DNA from: Okeania sp.
Lineage (GTDB): Bacteria > Cyanobacteriota > Cyanobacteriia > Cyanobacteriales > Microcoleaceae
Reading direction: 5' to 3'
Assembly: GCF_035285525.1 (NCBI RefSeq)
Contig: NZ_JAYKGW010000111.1
Span: 1-10,135, forward strand
DNA length: 10,135 bases
The notes beneath the pieces were generated by a model that did not search any database, had not been told where the DNA came from, and saw only the letters and a list, made by a program, of their open reading frames with translations. Shown here one piece after another: positions 6,507-10,135 of this stretch. The translations under genes and the position numbers were made by a program. Numbering within the stretch: position 1 is the stretch's first letter; each line of letters opens with the position of its first letter.

Positions 6507-6550
6507 AAATATAATACAACGCTTCCCACTAAAGGTGAGGTATGCTGATC

Positions 6551-6567
6551 GCGGGCAATATCCCCGC
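6551..6567. terminator. Weak GC hairpin between convergent xisI and the glycosyltransferase gene
   Basis: gcggg-caatatc-cccgc, followed on the + strand by actacaaaattttt. The stem is short (5 bp) and the T-run is not adjacent. Confidence 0.25.
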
Positions 6568-6593
6568 ACTACAAAATTTTTACTGATAACTGA

Positions 6594-9524
6594 TCACTGA
6601 AATAGCTCTTGCCATGCTCGAAATAAATTTCCTCGCATGAGAGCAGCAATACCATTTAATGACCTAATTTCTGGTTGATGAGGATCGAGTTTCAAAGCAG
6701 ACTGCAAAGCTATTTCCGCTGCCCCAGGATTAAGGTTGTATAAATAGACAAAACCCAAATAAGCGTAAGCAAAAGGGTTATGGGAATCTAAATCCGTTAT
6801 CCTAGTTAAAGTAGCGATCGCTCCCTCTGCATCTTTTTGCAAAACTTGCGCCAAAGCTAAACTATAGAGCAACTCTAAATTATCTGGTTCCTGTTGCAAA
6901 CGATAGACTAAAGTTTGTTCTGCTTGCTGAGTATAGTCTTGAACAGGATCGTATTGATTAACTCGCCCCACCTCCGCAAACACATTTTCTAAACCTTTTA
7001 TTCCCAGAGGTAATTTTTGCCCCCACATCCGCAACTGCGTCACTAAATCTAATTCTGGTGCTGGTAAAGTTGGCGCTTGGGAGTTAACTTCTACCCGCAC
7101 TGGTGGTTCCACAGCAATAGGATAACTTTCCCCAGTTTCTCGGTTTAGATATGTTGCTTCTAATAGATAAGTTCCGGGTACGATCTTAGTTGGTGGCAAC
7201 ATTCCCATCCGTTCAATAACTTCAAACCCAACCTCAGACTCATTTGCTAGAAACATTCCAGGGTGCAAAGTTCCCATCCCGATACCATGATCGTGAATAA
7301 ATTTGGTGGCAGTTTTATATCCCCCCCTTACAAAGGGGGGTAAGGGGGGAGTATTCAAAGTCTCCCTTACAAAGGGGGATTTAGGGGGATTATCAATGTA
7401 GTTACCCAAAGAAATCAAGAAACCGGGTTTATTATCCTGGTTATTATTATTCAAATCAGGGAATTTTGTAGATAAACCCGCTTTCTGCTTAAATCCTGCC
7501 AAAGAAACCCGGTTTTTTGGAAAAACCGGGTTTCTGGGTTCAAAAACCGGGTTTCTGGATTCGGGGGAAACCTTCAAAGTCCCCCTTTCAAAGGGGGATT
7601 TAGGGGGATTAATATTTTCTCGACGATAAGTTAATAAGACTAAACCTGACTGTAATTCTTGCCAGGAACCAGACCATTTATAGGTAATAGGTATGGGAGT
7701 TCCTGATCTAATTTTTGGGGATAAAATTATATAATCTAGTTTAACTTTTTCCTGTGGTTTAGTTAGGGGATGAACTTCTATTGGAAAAAATTGACTGTGA
7801 TAAAGATTTAAGTTACTATTATCTGGCAAATTCCAACTTTTGCGCAGGTAAAAATTCTGGTTATTTTCAATAATATTTACAATAGCAGCTTGAGCTTTTT
7901 TAATTCTTTTTATAGAACCTTGGTTATTAGTTTTAGTAAGAAACCAAGAAAGCGATCGCGCGTCTTGTTCTACTTGTTTTAAATTAGTTCCAACTTGCCG
8001 ACCATAGACTTGTAAATTTTGTAGAGCGCCGTAATAATTTAAGTTATGTTGATTAATTTCTGGAGTGGATGGTAAAACTCCTAAAGTTGACTGTAAATAG
8101 GGTTCAGTTGTGATAATTTCGGCAATTACTTTTCTATGAGGAAATTCTTCACCTAAATGAGCATAATAAGTAGCACCAGGACTTAACCAAGCAGTAATTA
8201 TTTTGAGAAAAATTCCACCTACAGACCAGATATTTAATAACATTAAAAGAATTGCTAAACTAACAGTAAAATAGCGAATTGGTTTACCGACTTTTCTGGG
8301 AAATTGCATCAAACCAAAGGCTAATAAAATTGATAAAACTGGCAATAATGGCAAAGTATAACGAAAATCTTTATTGATATTGAGAGAGGAAATTAGGTAT
8401 CCGCCGATTAAAAATACAGCTATCCATCGAAAAGAATCAAGTTGAGTAGAAAACTTTTCTGTTTTTTTCTTCAGTCGAATAAAGTAAAAAATTAATCCAC
8501 CAATAGGAATAATTAAGAGAGGCAAAGAAATATGATAAGGAAGTAATTTTGCATAATAAATCCAAGCATCTAAACTTAAGAGATTGGGGTCGCCTTCAGC
8601 AATAGCCGAATCTACCGTTGCTCGTTTACCAGCAGTTAACATTAAGAGCCAATTTGTTCTTGCCCAAGGGTAAAAAATTGCGACGGATAAACACAGAGAA
8701 TAAATTAGTTGAATTAATTTGTACCACTGTCGTTTTTTGAGAATATTTATTCCTATCCAAAGTAAGGGAAAAAATAGGAAAAATATTGTGGTTTGCTTAA
8801 CTAAAATTGCTAGACCGAAAGTTAAACCAAAAGCAGTTGCTAAAAGCCAGTCTTTGAGAGATTTATCTGGAAATAATTTATCTGTTTGAGCAGATAATAA
8901 TCTTATAAATTTTTCCAAAAACAATATAAATTTATTCCCTGTTCCCTCTTCCCTCTCCAATATTTTTTCATCAATTTCTTTTCCCTGTTCCCTATTCCCT
9001 ATTCCCTGTTCCCTATTCCTCCAAAACGTCAAACAACAGAAACTTAAAGTTACCATTGCCGTCAGGGGATAATCAAGTAAAAATTGTAAACGATATCTAT
9101 ATAATCCCGGAAATAATATACATAATACTGCTGCCCAAAAAGCAACTTTTTGATTAAATAATTTGTTGCCTAAACTGTAAACCGAAGTCAGTAAAATAGC
9201 ACTAAAAAATAGATGTACTAAAGTTGCTTCATCAGCACCTCTACCAAAAATATTTTGCAACGGCACAGTCAGAATATAAGTTAACGGCGGAACCTTCGGT
9301 GAAAGCTGCCAAAAATGTTGCCACCATTCTCCAGAAAATAATTGTACATTTTGCAAAGCACGCCAATAGGTGAGGGAACCTGTGAGATAGTCTGCCTGAT
9401 CCCAAGCCGGAACAGACTTATCGAAAGCAAACCAGAGGCGATCGCTTACCGCCCCCAATAACCAGAGGATAGTTAAAATAAGGATGTGATTAATTTTAGG
9501 TTGTTTTTTTTCTTGGGAAATCAT
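6594..9524 (-). CDS. GT39/PMT_2 (ArnT-like, GT-C fold) membrane glycosyltransferase with a C-terminal TPR domain; carries two repeat-derived in-frame segments
   Basis: 976-aa ORF. The N-terminal ~470 aa hold many hydrophobic helices and the first-loop acidic motif PAWDQADY. The C-terminus has TPR-like AYAYLGFVYLYNLNPGAAEIALQSALKLDPHQPE. Residues ~169-197 and ~638-735 are low-complexity and encoded by repeats. Confidence 0.85.
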   Translation of the reverse strand: MISQEKKQPKINHILILTILWLLGAVSDRLWFAFDKSVPAWDQADYLTGSLTYWRALQNVQLFSGEWWQHFWQLSPKVPPLTYILTVPLQNIFGRGADEATLVHLFFSAILLTSVYSLGNKLFNQKVAFWAAVLCILFPGLYRYRLQFLLDYPLTAMVTLSFCCLTFWRNREQGIGNREQGKEIDEKILEREEGTGNKFILFLEKFIRLLSAQTDKLFPDKSLKDWLLATAFGLTFGLAILVKQTTIFFLFFPLLWIGINILKKRQWYKLIQLIYSLCLSVAIFYPWARTNWLLMLTAGKRATVDSAIAEGDPNLLSLDAWIYYAKLLPYHISLPLLIIPIGGLIFYFIRLKKKTEKFSTQLDSFRWIAVFLIGGYLISSLNINKDFRYTLPLLPVLSILLAFGLMQFPRKVGKPIRYFTVSLAILLMLLNIWSVGGIFLKIITAWLSPGATYYAHLGEEFPHRKVIAEIITTEPYLQSTLGVLPSTPEINQHNLNYYGALQNLQVYGRQVGTNLKQVEQDARSLSWFLTKTNNQGSIKRIKKAQAAIVNIIENNQNFYLRKSWNLPDNSNLNLYHSQFFPIEVHPLTKPQEKVKLDYIILSPKIRSGTPIPITYKWSGSWQELQSGLVLLTYRRENINPPKSPFERGTLKVSPESRNPVFEPRNPVFPKNRVSLAGFKQKAGLSTKFPDLNNNNQDNKPGFLISLGNYIDNPPKSPFVRETLNTPPLPPFVRGGYKTATKFIHDHGIGMGTLHPGMFLANESEVGFEVIERMGMLPPTKIVPGTYLLEATYLNRETGESYPIAVEPPVRVEVNSQAPTLPAPELDLVTQLRMWGQKLPLGIKGLENVFAEVGRVNQYDPVQDYTQQAEQTLVYRLQQEPDNLELLYSLALAQVLQKDAEGAIATLTRITDLDSHNPFAYAYLGFVYLYNLNPGAAEIALQSALKLDPHQPEIRSLNGIAALMRGNLFRAWQELFQ
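7318..7612. repeat. ~295-bp block of nested palindromic short dispersed repeats inside the glycosyltransferase ORF
   Basis: cccccttacaaagggggg (7321-7340). caaagggggatttagggggatta occurs as a direct repeat at 7370-7392 and 7589-7611. A perfect palindrome agaaacccggttttt-tgg-aaaaaccgggtttct spans 7503-7535, with its right arm repeated at 7542-7556. The block translates as PPKSPFERGTLKV...SRNPVFEPRNPVFPKNRVS...PPKSPFVRETL...PPFVRGG. Confidence 0.85.
8935..9020. repeat. Two TTCCCTR heptamer arrays (coding strand GGGAAYA / GGGAATA) around a 22-bp spacer, inside the glycosyltransferase ORF
   Basis: ttccctg ttccctc ttccctc (8935-8955) and ttccctg ttcccta ttcccta ttccctg ttcccta ttcct (8981-9020). 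They translate as RNREQGIGNREQGKEIDEKILEREEGTGN, with a 21-nt = 7-aa period. Confidence 0.9.
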
Positions 9525-9537
9525 AATTTTAGTTTAG

Positions 9538-9560
9538 TAGGTTGGGTTGAGGCACGAAAC
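9538..9560. repeat. Partial GTAGGTTGGGTT palindrome (5' tetranucleotide, left arm and loop)
   Basis: gtaggttgggttgaggcacgaaac shares 19 of 20 nt with 9836-9855 but lacks the right arm. Confidence 0.7.
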
Positions 9561-9648
9561 AAGGGCAAAATCAGTATTCATATATATATAATCTGCTTGC
9601 TTTGGAGAATAAGGTTCTACCATAAAAAAAGAGCGAAAATTGCTAGTT

Positions 9649-9675
9649 ATAGGGGGTTTGGAGACCAAACCCCTA
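9649..9675. repeat. TAGGGG-type palindrome
   Basis: ta-g-ggggtttgg-aga-ccaaacccc-tac: 9-bp perfect arms (9652-9660 / 9664-9672), ending in CTAC. Confidence 0.7.
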
Positions 9676-9733
9676 CGATCTTGAATTCTACCGATACTAC
9701 CGGATTTGATATCAGAATGACTTTTGATATGAT

Positions 9734-9824
9734 CAGGACTTAGGCAGAGCTACTATATATAGAGTTAAAAAACTATTGTTCAATAGTTTTAAGCACCATA
9801 TCTAGGGTTGCTGCTTAAGTCCTG
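9734..9824 (+). mobile_element. 91-bp MITE, family B, second copy
   Basis: caggacttaggcagagctactatatatagagttaaaaaactattgttcaatagttttaagcaccatatctagggttgctgcttaagtcctg is colinear with 5887-5977. Its ends, caggacttag / cttaagtcctg, are better matched than in copy B1. Confidence 0.75.
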
Positions 9825-9835
9825 ATTACTACTTT

Positions 9836-9866
9836 GTTGGGTTGAGGTACGAAACCCAACCTACGC
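9836..9866. repeat. GTTGGGTT...AACCCAACCTAC palindrome (left arm, loop, right arm and CTAC; lacks the 5' GTAG)
   Basis: gttgggtt-gaggtacga-aacccaac-ctac. A further right-arm fragment ccaacctacgct recurs at 9896-9907. Confidence 0.7.
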
Positions 9867-10012
9867 TTATGAAAAGGATTTAACAATCTATCGTACCAAC
9901 CTACGCTCACCGGACTGTCGCTGCTGAAACGTTCTTCAAATTAACAAACTGCCAACTCGCCGATCTTGCGTGTTTCTGGGTGATAAAATCCTCAAACAAT
10001 TAGGCAATCATA

Positions 10013-10135
10013 ATATCTAGGGGCGGGTTTATATAAATCCTAGAATCAGCATGAAAATTTCTGCACAAAATATCTAGGGGCGGGTTTATATAAATCCTAG
10101 AATCAGCATGAAAATTTCTGCACAAAATATCTAGG
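10013..10135. repeat. Perfect 57-bp tandem repeat, at least 2.1 copies, truncated by the window edge
   Basis: atatctaggggcgggtttatataaatcctagaatcagcatgaaaatttctgcacaaa starts at 10013, 10070 and 10127, with no mismatches between the visible copies. It is related to hairpin 2 of the 224-bp units (5155-5212). Confidence 0.9.

Noticed and set aside
9486-9743. 85-aa ORF on the plus strand (…LVGWVEARNKG…)
   Set aside because: It overlaps the start of the glycosyltransferase gene on the opposite strand. It then runs through the GTAGGTTGGGTT palindrome and other repeats. The VGWVE-RN peptide is the usual artefact of translating that repeat family.
10013-10135. NsiR1-like tandem array of small-RNA genes
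   Set aside because: As I recall the Anabaena NsiR1 repeats, each unit carries its own promoter with a TCCGGA-type motif and a terminator hairpin. The 57-bp unit has no TCCGGA, no clear -35/-10 pair at proper spacing and no hairpin plus U-tail. I keep this only as something transcriptomics could revisit.

Overview
AT-rich DNA with 8 copies of the HIP1 octamer GCGATCGC, heptamer (STRR-like) arrays and a xisH/xisI pair. This points to a chromosome segment of a filamentous, heterocyst-forming (Nostocales-like) cyanobacterium; that assignment is inference. Supported genes: a UbiH/COQ6-family FAD monooxygenase (-), thymidylate kinase (+), a 976-aa GT39/PMT_2-type membrane glycosyltransferase with a C-terminal TPR domain (-), and two small hypothetical genes (116 aa and 75 aa, both -). 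I see no defence, toxin, CRISPR or biosynthetic operon. The unusual part is the non-genic DNA, which carries many distinct small repeats. There is a decayed 918-bp IS5-family IS with perfect 19-bp terminal inverted repeats. There are four copies of two related 91-94-bp MITE families sharing a CAGGACTTACG end, one with a clear 5-bp target duplication. There is an 86-bp TIR-plus-heptamer element. Two tandem 224-bp units of alternating GTAGGGGCGGGTTT hairpins (REP/BIME-like) sit between convergent genes, and a related perfect 57-bp tandem array runs off the right edge. The xisH-xisI pair is decaying: xisH is a 3' remnant hit by two MITEs and xisI has a 1-nt frameshift. The glycosyltransferase ORF stays open through two separate blocks of repeat-derived DNA. 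All homology calls are from motif recognition by eye; no searches or folding were run.
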